Shown one piece after another: positions 37,300 through 50,185 of a stretch of 64,000 bases of DNA; the stretch's first letter is position 1, and every line of letters starts with the position of its first letter. The notes below the pieces were generated by a model. It searched no databases, was not told the origin of the DNA, and saw only the letters and a program-made list of their open reading frames with translations. The stretch spans positions 310,001-374,000 of the forward strand of contig JAYWIR010000047.1 of assembly GCA_036172245.1 (NCBI GenBank). The letters run 5' to 3'. Position numbers and translations under genes: made by a program. This DNA is from Raillietiella orientalis. Taxonomy: Eukaryota.

Positions 37300-39950
37300 C
37301 CGAAAAACGCTCGGAATTCTAGGAACCAACGAAGGAAAAATGAAGCGTTGCTCAAACTAGGCGCTCCCCACGGCACCATGGAGGAAGATGGTGCGTTCGA
37401 AAATCCAACCTTCCCGCGACATCCACTAAAGCACCTGCTGGGTCCTCTTCGTCGCAGACCAGGGAGCTGCACGAATTCATCGCGGACAGATGCCCTCCGA
37501 CAGACTGATGAAGTAAAGAGGGTGCAGAAGCGATGGCGAGCTCCCTCGTCGCCCGCATTCCCCGCCCCCCCCCCTTCCCCCCTACGTGGCAGTGTGCGAA
37601 CGGGAAGGTCTGGCAGTCGAGGCAGACTGCTGCTACCCGGCACCGGATAGAGAAAGTCATCCTGCCTTTCCTTGGTCCACGCGAAGACAGAGAGAGAAAC
37701 GAGAAACGTGGAGCGCCGTGCCGCGACCACCATTCCGTGCTGGTTTTCGATCCATTTCTTTGCTCGCACGGTGAAAGTAGCGCACGTAGGTGTTCCTTTC
37801 TGTCGCAAGGGAGGGAAAGCGAGAGAAAGCGGAAAGTTAGAGCTCCGCACGAGAAAGTATGTCCGATTGTTCAAGCGTCAGGCACTGCAAGAGCACAGCT
37901 GTCTGTCTGTGACACGTGAACGCGCTGAAGAACGTCCGTTCAGCGGACATTTCTTGAACCTCGGATCATGGGATTCTATGCACGGATGTACCCTGGAGAA
38001 CTGTCCATCCGGAGAAGAAAGGGGAAATATCCCGAACCCGGGAATGTCTCGCTCCAGAGGAAAGACGGAACTTTGTCCTGCGGTTGCTATGGGTGTCGGA
38101 CCCTACGTCCCGAGAGACCATCCGCGTCTGGCTTCTCGAAATTCATCTGTGTGCGCGAGCAGGCGACGCCAAGAGAATGTCCGAGCTGTTAGCGTCCTGT
38201 CTGGAAGCGGGGAGAGAGAAGCGGATTGTCCCCGGAAGAAGATGCTGTCACATCTCCACTAATGTCTTCGAAAATATCTTCGAAACGGAGGAGGATGCCA
38301 CGTGTTCCTGAATTCTCAATTATGGCAGGCGAATTGTAATTCTCGCAGGGAAAGGACTCCTGTTTCAGGAGAACCACAAACGAAGTTCCCCTTGAACGAG
38401 TCTGCTCGGAATGCGCTCCCGTTGATTTCCTGCACGTCTTTTCACTTTACATCAGCCCCTTCGAGACAGATGTAAAAAATGCGTCATTTGCGGACTCTTC
38501 TTTTCCCTTCAGACTTCGGTGAGGATGCTGCAGGGTTGCCGTCTCCAGCCCAAAGCAAGAGGGAAGATCTCTCCCAGCTGCAAGCGCGTTGTCCCTGCAA
38601 GAGACATCGGGAACAGACAGATCACTTGGAGATTCCCGCATGGTATCTGATGGCACGAGAGGATGCACCACTGGACATTGGCTGTGACGAAATCAGCGTT
38701 GATTCTGAAGAGGTATGTGCTGAGAATGGCGAAGTGATGCTACTGAGAGGATTGTCGTGCTCCAAGATCGATGTTTTTTGTTGTTTTTTCCCCAGAGGAA
38801 GTCACTGAGCAGAGAAACATCTCGGATCTCAGCGTGCACGTTGACCTTCCACCGAAGGACTTGCACGGCATGCAGCACCATTCCTGCTCCAGAAGAGTTT
38901 CGTTTCCTCCCTCGGGAAACTTTTGGCCCACGAGACGTCAAGCCTAGTGGAAGGAATGATTTTTTCTCCTCCGGGTTTATCCCGCAAAAGTAGGACTTTG
39001 GGTCCCCTGGGAGAGAATTCACTATATGTCTCGTCCGCGAGGAAACAAGAGGATCCCGGTTGCTGAGGATAAAAAGTCAAGGGCAGTCAGTCCGCTCCCT
39101 CTCATTGTCTCAGCTCACCTCCACTCGGAGGAATCCAAGGTGCTCTTCGGCATCTTCGCGCCTTTCGCACGTTTGCCACACGATCGCAAGGCAGATGAGG
39201 AGAACGGGGACAGACGAACGCTGCCGTTCCCCGCCGCCGGCATCATCGTACGTGAGAATGAGAGGTTCCCTTGTGCGGACCGGGATATCTGGAAATCACT
39301 GGAGTCCTGCAACCTCGTAGGCAATGCACAGAACGTTCGCGTAGTCTTTTGATGCGCCGCCTTACCATGCTCTCCCTCCGTTGACCACCTTGGGATATTT
39401 CTAGCGTTCTTCAACTCTGCAGTAGACGAGGCACAACCTCACATCAGTGGCGACTCGGGATGGCAACCGGACCACGCTCCGATCCCCCTTCTCCATCAAC
39501 GTAAATAGGATCAGAGGGAGAAAGTGGCTGCAACGAAGGTTCGGGGAGAGATGTATTCCAGACCCGCGGGAAGGACACTTTGCTTCAGGAACGGCGCCGG
39601 AAGGCTTTCCCGTGCAAACCTCCAGCCTCTCGATCCGGACCTGCAGGAAAAACCCGTGGGTTCCCTCGATCCTCAACCCACGGCACTGACACGCCCGAAG
39701 AAACCGCGAGCTTGCGTTCGTAGCAATCTTCGCGAGCTTTGGAGACAAAATGCCTCAGGTGCTGAGGACGAAACGCGCTCTTGGTTGAGGAGGATGCCCA
39801 CTCTCTTCACAAACCCGTGCTCTGTTGAGGACTCCGGAACCTACTTATTTACACAAACAGAGAGTCATTCGCCCATGGGAACACTCGAAATCCCACCACA
39901 TTCACAACTGCTCAGGGGGCGAGCGTCCTGAGAATCCTGCTAACCAGCAG
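37300..39950 (+). mobile_element. Decayed L1/Tx1-like ORF2
   Basis: Degenerate SPG.DG (~38610), LD..KAFD.V.H.FL (~38840-38890), IP..RG..QG..LSPL (~39055-39105) and post-RT LW motif (~39740). Shares sequence with the element at 1-1300. Confidence 0.5.
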
Positions 39951-40460
39951 GATTCCAAGAGAGGTCCTCTCCGGGAACAATGCAGAAGGGTGGGAAAAAA
40001 TAAAAAATAAGTGCAGAAATGTATCTTTCTGTATGGAAGTGGCGGGAAGAAAAAAAGGCATTACAAGCTGCTGCGCCTGATCCCTTTTCCCTTGTCACCC
40101 TGACCTTTTCTGCGGCATGCTCCCTCCTCCGGCGTTGTCAAGTACCTCGTTGTCACACTCCAAAAGGAAGTAACGAGAAAGATGGAGTCCGTGTTTCAGT
40201 CTGCCCCTTTTTTGGGGGTGGGTGGGCATGGTTTCTTGCTGCTTCTACTCCAAGCAAGAGGCGGAGAGGTGCAGAGAGGTGCGAGAGGTGATCACAGCTC
40301 CATACTCTGAGGGATGGCATCGAAAACTCACCTCCAGTCGCGTCTGTGGATCTGTGAATCACGTCTGCTGAGCTGGAAAAGCTTCATCTTACCGATCAGT
40401 GTGCCGTCGTGTGGATGGCGCTTGTTTGACCGTGGCGGATCCAGCTTGGAAGTTAAGTGT

Positions 40461-40575
40461 GGTTAGGATAGGGTAGCTTAGATTAGGGTAGGGTAGGGCA
40501 GGTGAGGTTAGGTTAGAGTAGGGTAGGTTAATTTAAGGTGGAGTGGGATCGGTTAGGTTAGGATAGGGTAGGGTA
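40461..40575 (+). repeat. Degenerate (TTAGG/GTAGG/ATAGG)n interstitial telomere-like pentamer tract
   Basis: ggttaggatagggtagcttagattagggtagggtaggg...ggttaggttagagtagggtaggtt...ggttaggttaggatagggtagggta. Confidence 0.8.
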
Positions 40576-42149
40576 CGCCAGCCAAACGGACGCCTCCCCC
40601 GCCAGCGTCAGATGACAAACTGAACTTTGCAGAGCACGGCGAAAGACGAAGCACACGCTCGTTGGCAGCGCGCACCGGCCTTCCGGGCATTATTTTCAAG
40701 CAAGGAGTTTCCCCCGTTCCGAGCCGCCACCCTTGCTCGGATCTTCGGAAACGCGAGCTTGGGCTTTCTTTCCTGAATCCGTCTGACGCAGAGCCGGCGC
40801 GCTCATGATGAATCCCATGACCATCCAGACCGAGGTCCTCGCGAGCCGTCTGAGAGAGGCGAAAATGCAGCCTTTAGCTGCTTGTCCGCGTGGAGGCGTC
40901 TCTGTGGGCTCCCCTCCACGCAAGAGCTCCGGATCACCCCCAGCCGGCAGTCAGCTGTTTACCTCGCACCCTTAAAGAGGCGGCAACCACCTACGTCGCG
41001 CAAGGGGGGACACCCGCGAGGCAGGGACGGAGAGGCAAAGGAAACACAAACACCGCGTCTTTGTGGTCCTTTTCGGATCTTAAATCTCAAAACTGAGCGG
41101 GAGGCCCGGGAAGGCCTTCCAGGAAATGCCTCGAGGCAATTTTCGATTTATTTCACACAGAACTGATGTTCCTTGCAGACCGCGGAAGCTGAGGTGGCTT
41201 GGAGTGAAGCGAACAGCAAAGCGGACGGCGCCATGGTCATGCCATCTGCCTGGCAGACAGCAAGGTGGACGCTCAGTCAAGTGGGAGTTGAGAAAGATGG
41301 AATGGAGGAAGAGAGCAGGACGTGGGTGGAAGCGGCGAGCGGGTAGCCAGTCTTCTTCTGATGCGGATAGGTGCTGGAGAAGGCGAAGGAAGGATGAAGG
41401 GAAGGATTAGCACGGACAGCAGGAAGCTCGGCGACTCTTTGGCGACGGAAGTTGCCGTCGCAGCAGGAGCAACAGATGCAGTTCCCTTTGGAGCATGGAT
41501 AGGTTGGAGGGGAAGTGAGGGATGAGAAGCTGACGAAGGGAGCAGCGGGAAGTGGGTAGGTGGCGGCTGTGGTCGCTCAGAATGGCCATTCGACCTGAGC
41601 GCTGTTACGTTCGAAAGTCGTCCGGCCTGGCCCAGCCGGGTTCACCGGTTCGACGGCGCGAAGTAATTTTCACCAAACCCTCTACCAGAGGCACCCAAAG
41701 TTGCGAACCGGATGGCGGCTCAGGAGCTCCACAGAACGAACGTGAACCCTGCTGGGAGCCCTTTGCAATGATCTTCCTTGTGACCTGCTCGAAATTTACG
41801 CCCCGGGGTCCAGTCTCTGGTCGGGGGCCCTCCTGTGGCAGGGACAAATGACGCAGGAACGCAGCGCTCGGCCCGGCATCTTCCTGGTTCCTAAGGGGGA
41901 GTAAAAGCTGGCAGCTTTTACTTTACCCTGCTGAGATCTCTTCCGGCGGTGGCAACTCGCCGACCTTCTCCGTCCACGCAGCACCCCCCCCCTCCCCTCC
42001 CTCTACCTCCACGTGGCTGCTGGACCTCTGAACTCCCCTTTGGAACGCAACTCTCAGAAATGGCGGAAATCTCTCAACTGCCCCAAAGGTCCGTCCTCAC
42101 TGCGCGTAGGAAGCGAGAAACACTCGTTGCGAGTGCACGCGCACGCCGG

Positions 42150-42720
42150 CACTGCACGTACTGGTTCACCATCCTCGAGCAGCCATACTGCTCGAAGATG
42201 GAGGACTCGCAAACTGCAAGGGATCACGGAAGATCTCGAGACCGCTCGCCTTGGTTGGTTGAGTGACGTCACAAGGAGTGGTCCAAGGCAGCCCAAACGC
42301 TCAAACTTTGAAGCTGCAGCGCGCCTCAGCAATCTACCCTCCCGCGGTCCGCACGCGGCCCCTTTCGAATCACGAAGCATGACAACGCGTGCCTGCGTTC
42401 CATCGCCTCTTGCTGGAGCCGTGACCCCGAGCTCTGCTCTCGGTGGAGAGGACTCAAAGGAGACACCAAATTCATCTTGCGTTTCCTCCTTGCCTAGGCG
42501 TGGAGGAGCTCTTAAGCGTGAAGATCGCGTTGCAGGATGGCACGCCGCCCCCACCTCTGCTCGCGTTGTCGCTCGCGTCGCTGCTTGCAGGCGCGCCAAC
42601 TCCCTCTAGGCATGCAGGTGCTCCGACACACTTCCGTGTCCCCCGACGGCACTTCGAGACCCAGAAGGCCGATGATCTCACTCGACTACTGCGGATCAAA
42701 GGCGCTCCCATCTTGCTTCT
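42150..42720 (+). mobile_element. RTE C-terminal remnant
   Basis: EAAARLSNL...TTRACVPSPLAGAVT (cf. KAA.AF..L...VY.ACV.S.LL.G.E.W), then CLGVEELLSVKIALQDG (cf. CLR.IL.I.WQD). Confidence 0.5.
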
Positions 42721-43099
42721 GCCGCCAGATTTTTTCCCATTTTTGTTTTTTTCACGAACGTGAAATTTGGGTCGTTTTGCGAATGGCAACCCTGAATCCC
42801 CGTCCGTCGGCTGCATATCTTTTAGCCATAAACTGCCTTTAGGAAAACTCAACAGCGCGATGTCTGACGTCATCACACTCACTCAAAAGTGCTACATAAA
42901 TAAATAAATATATACATAAAAATAAATAAATGCGAAAAGATTTTCGCACGGTACATCCTATGCATATCGTACAGTATTTTTGTGCATTCAGCCCTTCCTG
43001 TGCACGTGCTGTTTCGAGATTCTCTTGCTGCTTTTTGTGCTCGTGTGTGCAAGAATCTCTCTCGTTCCAAGAGGATCCGTGATCAACGCTTTTCCTTTG

Positions 43100-45400
43100 A
43101 GAGAGACGGAGCTCTTGACTCCCGTAGAGCTGGTGGCCACAGGAGGGACCTGGCTCTCAGAGTAAACGTCATGCGCGTCACTCGCCCGTGAGCCTCGAGC
43201 GGCTGGAATCACCGCCCGTGCCGCGCTTTCATCTCGCCGCACCTCGGACGGGCTGCGGAAGCGCGTTGCCGACAACGCCCTGCCTTCATCCTTTGACTCC
43301 ATGAGCTCCCTGCAAGGGAAGCAAGCCTCGGCTACAAGGAAACGAGGTCAGGAAGAAAAGCACGCCCTCGAAGAGGGAATCCGGCGTTTCTGGAATGCTT
43401 GGATCCTAAAACACCGAATCTCGTCTTCCTTGGTCTTCGGGAGAAGTAGGGAGATTGATGTGGGAAGGAGATTCCGCCTTTCTGAGCTATGAAAGAACAA
43501 GTAGGCCATCGAGAAGGAACTCTAGCTCTGGTCTCCAGCGAGGCACTCCGGCCAAGGAGCCAGAGCATTTCAAAACAACGCAGAGATGTCAATGGACTCG
43601 GCAGGACTGGAGATCGGATGAATCGGCTCGGCGTGCCACAGCGCGGTGGTGGCTGTTCTAGTCAACGCGCGATTCGCTGGTCCACAGAAAGGAGAGCCTT
43701 CCTGAATGCCACTTTTCGTTGCCGCGGAGGATCAGAAAGGCGGAGCAGTGCCTTCGGAGCATTGGCAGGGTGAAGAGCTGCAAAAGTTTCCAGACTCGAA
43801 AGAAATCACCGGACGTCACTGCTCGAGGCGTGCTTCCACCTCTGGCGAAGTTAGATTCAGCGAATGGCGGAGAAAAAGTTTCTCTCTCTCCCATGAGGCA
43901 GCTTCCAAGGACGAAAGACATCGCCGTGATTGGAACCTTAACGGATGAGAACCTTCACCTTCATGGGTTCGCTCCACCCTTCGGAAGGTTGCGGCATCAC
44001 CCGAGGCATCGACTTGACCTCGCACGTGTACCCGAGAACAGGGCGCTTGGGGTCCTCCAGGGGCATCCAGGTGGAGCAATTCTCTGAATTCCCAAATGTC
44101 CTGAATCGCAAACGCCCTATGAAGTCGCCGTTCTTCAGGATAGCTTCTGGTCTTCGTGGAGAAAGGACACAGCAGCCTCGAGGTCTTCCCATCGTAGTCT
44201 TCCACTGGCCAGAGGCCCTGCCCCTCTCGCCTAGTACTCTCGTAGATGTGCTGGTCGGTGCTGCATTCCATTTTTCGGGCGTCGCTGGTGGAGCCACCGC
44301 CTGGTCCCACACGACACACATGCATGTCGCTAACTCCTCGCCCCCCGCGGAGATGTGCTCCTTGTCGAAGAAGATGCAGCGCAGGCAGCCATTATCGGGG
44401 ACGCGTTCCATGGACCGATCATCGTCGATGGTTGCGCAGAACAGCAGGAAGAGCTCTAGAAGGCTCCCTGGCATCTTCTCGGAGGTGCATGTCCTAGAGG
44501 TCTTCTCGCTCTGTTCTGACAACGCCGGGAGACCCACACGACCAGGTCTGTGGAAATCTCATCTACTTCCCGTGGGATGAGACTCTCTTGGTCAAATTCG
44601 GCCACTTTGACCGAGGAAAAGACTCGCAAAATCCGTGATTCGGGGCGAAGAGCGCGCCTTTATCCCGCCTGCGAACCTTCGTGAGCGAACATCCGGTGTC
44701 CCCGTCTTGGATGAAAAACTGGGAGGCCGCAAGGGAAGCAGTCTCCAGGGAACGAAACCGCCCGCATGCATGTCGCGGCGCGCCATCTGCGGGGAGGCGT
44801 TCGTCCCCAGCAGCTTCTGCGCGATGCTGCGGCGGCAAGCCGGCAGATCGGCTCCGACTTTCGGCCGAGTCTTTCCGGAGCTGTTCCGAAGGTCGGAGAC
44901 CAACAGAGGTGTCGGTCGGCTCGTTGGAACGGCGGACAGGAGCATGCTCGACTTCCGTCCTCGCCGGAGGAAAGAACCTCCGCAGCAAGATGAAGCCTCC
45001 GACTGGTGGCTCCCATATGAACGTCTGCCAGCCGCCCGTAGCTCGTGGCTGCCAGCGAGAAAGTAAACGCGAGGAAAGAAACGAACTCACGACTTTTGGT
45101 AGCCCTGGTAACGGTCCAGGGGCGGACTGCATCTCTCCGTCAGCCATCTCCCGATGAGAGCAACTCTCAGCATCCATCTATGCGATCCCATTCTGCAGTG
45201 TATCTCTGCGGAAGACCCGTCTCGATGAGCGCCGTCCGAGCTCCAAGGAGACACCCGAGAGCTTCGGCTGGGGAGTCGCCGGTCTCCAGGCCGACATCTG
45301 TTCGAGTGGAGCCCCCAAATACCTTCATCCTCGCCGATGCCGAAGGGTTGGAAGGTTTTCTGGTCAAGACTCACACGGATCCCGTGCATTCCTGAGCTCG
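43100..45400 (-). mobile_element. Decayed L1/Tx1-like element, 5' half (ORF1 region and APE endonuclease)
   Basis: Minus strand DQHIYES (cf. INIYAP), AILKNGDFIG at ~44125 (cf. ILGGDFN) and LGYTC at ~44030. Outer boundaries are uncertain. Confidence 0.4.
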
Positions 45401-45719
45401 GATGACTCCATAGTAGAAGTCACTCGACATTGGATGCGAATCCGGATGAGTGCCGGAGAGGAGGAGACGTGCTGAGCTCGTGTGACTGAATCTGAAGGTC
45501 GCGCGTGACCTCTGGAGCGGAAGCAGCTACGCGATTTGCGAGGATTCGGTCTGCGCTGCTGATCGGGAAGGGTTCTCGTGGCTTAGAGAGAGCGAAGGAT
45601 CATACAGGATCACAGGAGGATCGGTCTCAGCGCTCCCGATCGAGAACCGGGATCCTCGGAGGAAAATGCTCTGGGGAAACTCCCTAGGGAAGCTTCCCCC
45701 CGTGCCTGTCCCACACCCG

Positions 45720-45950
45720 GCAATAATTCGCAGCTATGCTGTCAGTCGCCGTTGTTTGCGCTTGCACAGTCCTCGACGTGGCTGCATCCCAGGCGGCGCG
45801 AGGCATGGGCCACTGGATGCCGATTCGATTGCGCATCGTGGCTGCATACAGCCACAACGTATGCTGCTTTCCGCTGGAGGGGAGATGGCGGTAGCCCCCG
45901 TGCGCAACATGAGTTCAAAAGCAGGTAGAGGGTCAACTTGTAACGCGTCA
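45720..45950 (+). mobile_element. RTE endonuclease C-terminal fragment
   Basis: TCGACGTGGCTGCATCCCAGG = STWLHPR (cf. TW.HPRSKHWH.LD), followed by PLDA. Confidence 0.55.
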
Positions 45951-46340
45951 CGTCACGCTGCGCGGAAGAGAGACGTGAAAAAACTCAGCATCTACCCAGT
46001 CCTGTTCAGGGTCCCTGAAGGGTAATCTGGAACTCGAGTCAGGGCATGAGCGACGCTTGGTCTGAGACTGTACAGCACCTGGGATGGTTACTACCTCAGA
46101 ACGACGATCCTTTACAGCTCCCAACGGTGACCTCGCAGTGGCCTGCGCTTCGCCGGTCAAATACGTTCGTCTTTTCAGGTCGCTGCACTTTTCAAGAGAA
46201 CGACGCCTTCAGAGGAAATCGCAAAAGCACGTCCGAGCCTGCGAGAGGAACTGCAGAAGCTACAGAAGCTGCAGAAAAGAGGTGCGCAGTCCTAGAGGTT
46301 TGTGGATGATTACCACCCGGTTATGTAAGCGATTATCCTG

Positions 46341-46475
46341 CACTCGAGGGAGTTGTGTGATCCCATCCTCGGGCCCCCATCCTTCCCTCACTCCCCAGTA
46401 AAACTTTTCCTCTTGTTTTTCTCTGTTTGCTTCTTTCTCGTTTTTTCCGGTTTTCCCTTTCCCTTCGCTGAGTGA
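46341..46475 (+). repeat. ~135-bp direct repeat, copy 1
   Basis: CACTCGAGGGAGTTGTGTGATCCCATCC...CCCTTCGCTGAGTGA, repeated at 47125-47258 with about ten differences. Confidence 0.95.
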
Positions 46476-47124
46476 TTCATCACATAAAGCAACAAGAATA
46501 CATTTTTGTGGTAGAAAACCGCTAATTCTACCACGCTCAATGAACCTGCTGAAGAGTGGTGCGCAGACCGGCGAGGTCCGCTTCTGCAGCGTGGGGGAAG
46601 GGAAAACAAAACACATAAACCAAATAAACAAACAAAACAGGGGAGGGGAATTTATACACGGAAAGGGGGTGAGGAAACCAGAAAGAGATCATTGTACGCT
46701 TCCATGAGTTCCCTGCATCCTTCACAGGATGCTGACAACTTGTGATCTGATGTTGCCAAGGCGGGGCCATTTCGTGGCGGTCTTCAGGAAGATGCGCATC
46801 CAGTGGATGGCATTCCTGGTATTTTGGCCTCTTCTTCTGGCGTTCCAGGCCTCCATGATCCCGCGAACACAGCAGAGGACTGCGAGGGACGCGGCTGGCG
46901 GCAGAGCGGCACCGCGCACGAGGAGGCGTCTGAATAGGTCCCTGGGGATCGTCGCGAGGCGATCCCAAGGGGTCGGAGGGCAGCACAGTCTAACAGCAGG
47001 TGCAGGAGGGTATCATTCTTCCCACACCTGTCGCACTCTGAGCGTCCACGCCTCCCCGTGTCCAGTAGTGTTGGTGCTCTTTGCACGGGATCCTCCCCTA
47101 GGTCACCAGCAGCGCCAACTCCCT
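46476..47124 (-). mobile_element. 5'-truncated L1/Tx1-like LINE 3' end (CCHC knuckle, ORF2 end, 3' UTR)
   Basis: Minus frame SECDRCGKNDTLLHLLLDCAALRPL (C-x2-C...H-x4-C), and LAVLCCVRGIMEAWNA, homologous to LAALCCLRGIVSAWSNA at ~51145. A T-rich 3' UTR with a terminal stem-loop follows. Confidence 0.85.
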
Positions 47125-47258
47125 CACTCGAGAGAGTTGTGTGATCCCATCCCCGATCCCCATCCCTTCCTCACTCCCCAGTAAAACTTTTCCTCTCGTT
47201 TTTCTCTGTTTGTTTCTTTTTCTTTTTTTCCGGTTTTCCCTTTCCCTTCGCTGAGTGA
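47125..47258 (+). repeat. ~135-bp direct repeat, copy 2
   Basis: Collinear match to 46341-46475. Confidence 0.95.
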
Positions 47259-47355
47259 ACGAACCCCGCTGGTCTACGTACCGGTCATGGCAAGTTCTGA
47301 ACATGTGGTGCAACCAGATGCTCCAGCACAACGGAAATTTTAGTGGACTTCTATT

Positions 47356-48350
47356 ATAACGAGGCGCATTTCAACACACAGTTCCCCACATCATTTTTCT
47401 GCATGATCACTATTGTTTTCCAAACACTTTTGACACCGTAAAAGGAACCCTTTGAGATACTCTGCATGAAATTCCGCCGCCTCGGAGTTCGGCCAGTTCA
47501 GCAGCAGTCCTGCAGTTTTCAACTCCTCACTTTCCCCCTCGAATCGTTGAGCCAACTCTGGAGGTGCAGGAAGACGTGGTAGTCACTGGGCAGAACTGTA
47601 AGGTGGGTCATCAAAAAGTTCCCATTTGAATTTCTGAATTGTCTGGAACGTGAAGACAGCATGTGTTGCCAAGGCGCATGTTGTCGTGAAGGAGATGAAC
47701 CATTCCTGATCTCAGCATTTTACGTCGTCCCGTTCTGAATGGCACGCCGCAGTTTTAAAAGTGTTTCACAGTGGACTTGCAAAGTGGTGGTTGTTCCAGG
47801 CTCCATAAAGTCCACCAAAAGCACACTCTTCTAGTCCCACATACTCCCATAATAAATGCCCCCGGCAGGACCGGGTGGAAAACTTCAGAATAATCCCTGT
47901 AGCGCTCCTGCAACGAATAAGCGGTTCGAGAGGTCATTCGAAGACGAGAGATTCGTCCCGGAATCCCGGATCTCGAGTGGCCACGAGACAGGAGACCCTT
48001 GTATACCTTAGGATCCGGGATGCCTTCACGCCGTTGCCATAGAAGTGCACTTGTTTGTGCGATGCCACGAAGAAGCACACGCAGCTTCCAACAGCAATCC
48101 GAGCAAATGAACCCGTCCGACGATGGACCTCACGGTCAGTCCGTCATTCGGTGAACGAGGGATGATGGACAGTGAGCTGCTTAACACTTGCAACATGCAG
48201 AGCAAGATGAAGGTAAACGAGATGAAGTTAAAGAAGAATAAGGACGCAGAGCACGATTCGAACCTTCCATTACTGGTGTTTAGAGTGCGTTTCCATGACA
48301 TACAACACAGGAAGTGCAGTGAAAACTGGCGGCTCTATAAGACATCGAGG
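47356..48350 (-). mobile_element. Mariner (Tc1/mariner) transposase pseudogene
   Basis: Minus strand DGLTVRSI (HTH), PGAFIMGVCG (cf. SAGK.M..VFWD), LLHDNMR at ~47680 (cf. LHDNARPH), PPYS..PSDY at ~47580-47607, C-terminal RCQKCLENNSDHAEK*, and a TIR-like end TAACGAGGCGCATT at ~47357. Frameshifted. Confidence 0.85.
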
Positions 48351-48569
48351 ATGCAGCCCACTCGAGGATAATTCTTTTATGATGCACCAATTTTGGAAGA
48401 AACTCATCCGCCGTTGCTGGGAATCGTACTTCCGTGGTAAGGAATATTAATGGAAGATTTGATCCCCTTTTGAAAAAATCCTTATTCCTGTGCACGAGAT
48501 GTTCCTTTCCCTCTTTCCCCGAGGCAGACCTCGCTGGCCAGTCCACAAACAGCTACCTTAGGAATCCTC

Positions 48570-48930
48570 AGATGCCATCTGGATCCACTGCTCAACTCTG
48601 CATCTTTTCGCGTCTTCTGTTTGCCTTTTGCTGGGGGACGCCTTTGCAGACGTGACCTCGGCAAGGCACGTGGCAAGAAGTTCCCGGTGCCTCACCTGTT
48701 TTCGGCCTCTTTGGAGGTTCCCCTGTGGAGCTCGTGGGGAAAAGCTGGCTCTGGATCGCCGCTCTTTGATTGCCCATTCCTCGAATGCACAGCTCGTCGG
48801 AAGGACTGTCGTTGGGCTGTGACGTCGGAAGCAGACGAAGAAGCGAAGAACTTCGTGGTACGTCGGTTGCCAATGGATGCGGAGAAGACGCGCAGTTCTT
48901 AATATCCCAAGAGCTGCTGCGCGCATGGGG
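48570..48930 (-). mobile_element. RTE C-terminal remnant
   Basis: LLRIHWQPTYHEVL and GNLQRGRKQVRHRELLATCL (cf. IL.I.WQD...N.EVL and GEL..G.R..G.Q.KRFKD.LK..L). Confidence 0.7.
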
Positions 48931-48994
48931 GCTCACCCAACTCTTTGACTACTGTTCTACGTCAACCGAAGGTACGTGTCACTCTTCAAGATAA

Positions 48995-49165
48995 GGGGCA
49001 CCCTGGGAAGGGACCACCCTATGAATCCAGGAATGGCTCCGCAGAAGGGAGTCTGGGGAGCGGTCTCCGAAGGAAACCTCCACCCTGGTTGTCTCCGAAG
49101 CGAACTTCGAAGAAATTCCTCTTCCCAATTTTCTCCTGAGGGACCCCCGGAGGGGTCCGCTCCAT
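48995..49165 (-). repeat. UNCG-hairpin array module of the SINE family (3' part)
   Basis: CCCTATGAATCCAGGAA, CACCCTGGTTGTCTCCGAAG and the perfect stem GGACCCC-CGGA-GGGGTCC (49141-49158; UCCG loop on the minus strand). Confidence 0.75.
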
Positions 49166-49199
49166 TTTTCCTGAAAGTTCTTAGTGTGCCTCTCAGCCA

Positions 49200-50185
49200 C
49201 TTGACCACGAACAGAACTGCCAAGCAGACGCGGAGTCCAGCAGGGCAGCACGATGTCTGCGAACGGTCGCAGCACCCCTAGAAAGCAGGGGACGCCTTCG
49301 GAACCATCCAGAGGAATCCTTGCCTTGGACTTACCCCAAGCAACGAGAAACTTCCGCGGATGGACATGATCTGATGCTCGTGGCGGCGTTTGTCTTGCGT
49401 CATCTCGTGCCGGACCCGCCCCAGTTCGATTCTGGCTTTTCCGAATGCACGAGCTCTTCAATGAGCTGCTGGAGGTTCCTGGAGCATCACCCGTGGTGCA
49501 GAAGCTCGCGTCGTGCGGTGCGTCCCGCAGCCGCGTCGCATCCTTGATTCGATCCCCAGAAACGGAGGATGGGATGTCGTGATCCTCTTTGGCGGCAAAC
49601 CACCAAGTTCCACGTCTTTAGAGGGCTCTTCGGGGCAACCGCCACAGGTTTGGACGCCGGGAGTGTAGCCACCCGGCCTCAGCTTGTGCGGCTGCGAAGA
49701 TTTCCGTGAGATCCAAATCCGCAGCAACCGCAGCATTCCCGGCTGAGAGGTACTGACTCCGATCGCCGTGGCCACCGAGCGAAGTTTGATAAGCCACCTT
49801 GGGTCTTAGCTTCGCCAAACAGTTGCCTTGGTTCAGAGGAATCCCTGGATCTCCGTCTTCCCCGCGAACTGGGCCACCTGGTTGCAAGAGTCAGTTCCCT
49901 CATGGGGAAAGATCTCGAGGCGGAACCACGCCTGCCTGCGGAACAGCAGGCACGCCCGTTAGTTGTCGAGGAAATCCTGGAGAACACCAGGAATCTGCTG
50001 TTGGCTTTGTCCACCCTCCTTGCTCCAGTGGCACCCATCCTGCTGGAAGCAAGGGGCAGCAATCTTCCAGCAAGGTGGGAGAAGTGACGTGCACAGGCTT
50101 GGACGCCGGGAATATGACCACCTGGCCGCAGCTCGTGCGGTCTCAAAGATTTCCGTGAGATCCAAACTCGCAGCAACCACAGAAT
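49200..50185 (-). mobile_element. L1/Tx1-like post-RT fragment with an internal 94-bp duplication
   Basis: Minus strand AKTQGGL (cf. PK..GGLG). 49643-49736 and 50092-50185 are diverged direct copies. Confidence 0.5.
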
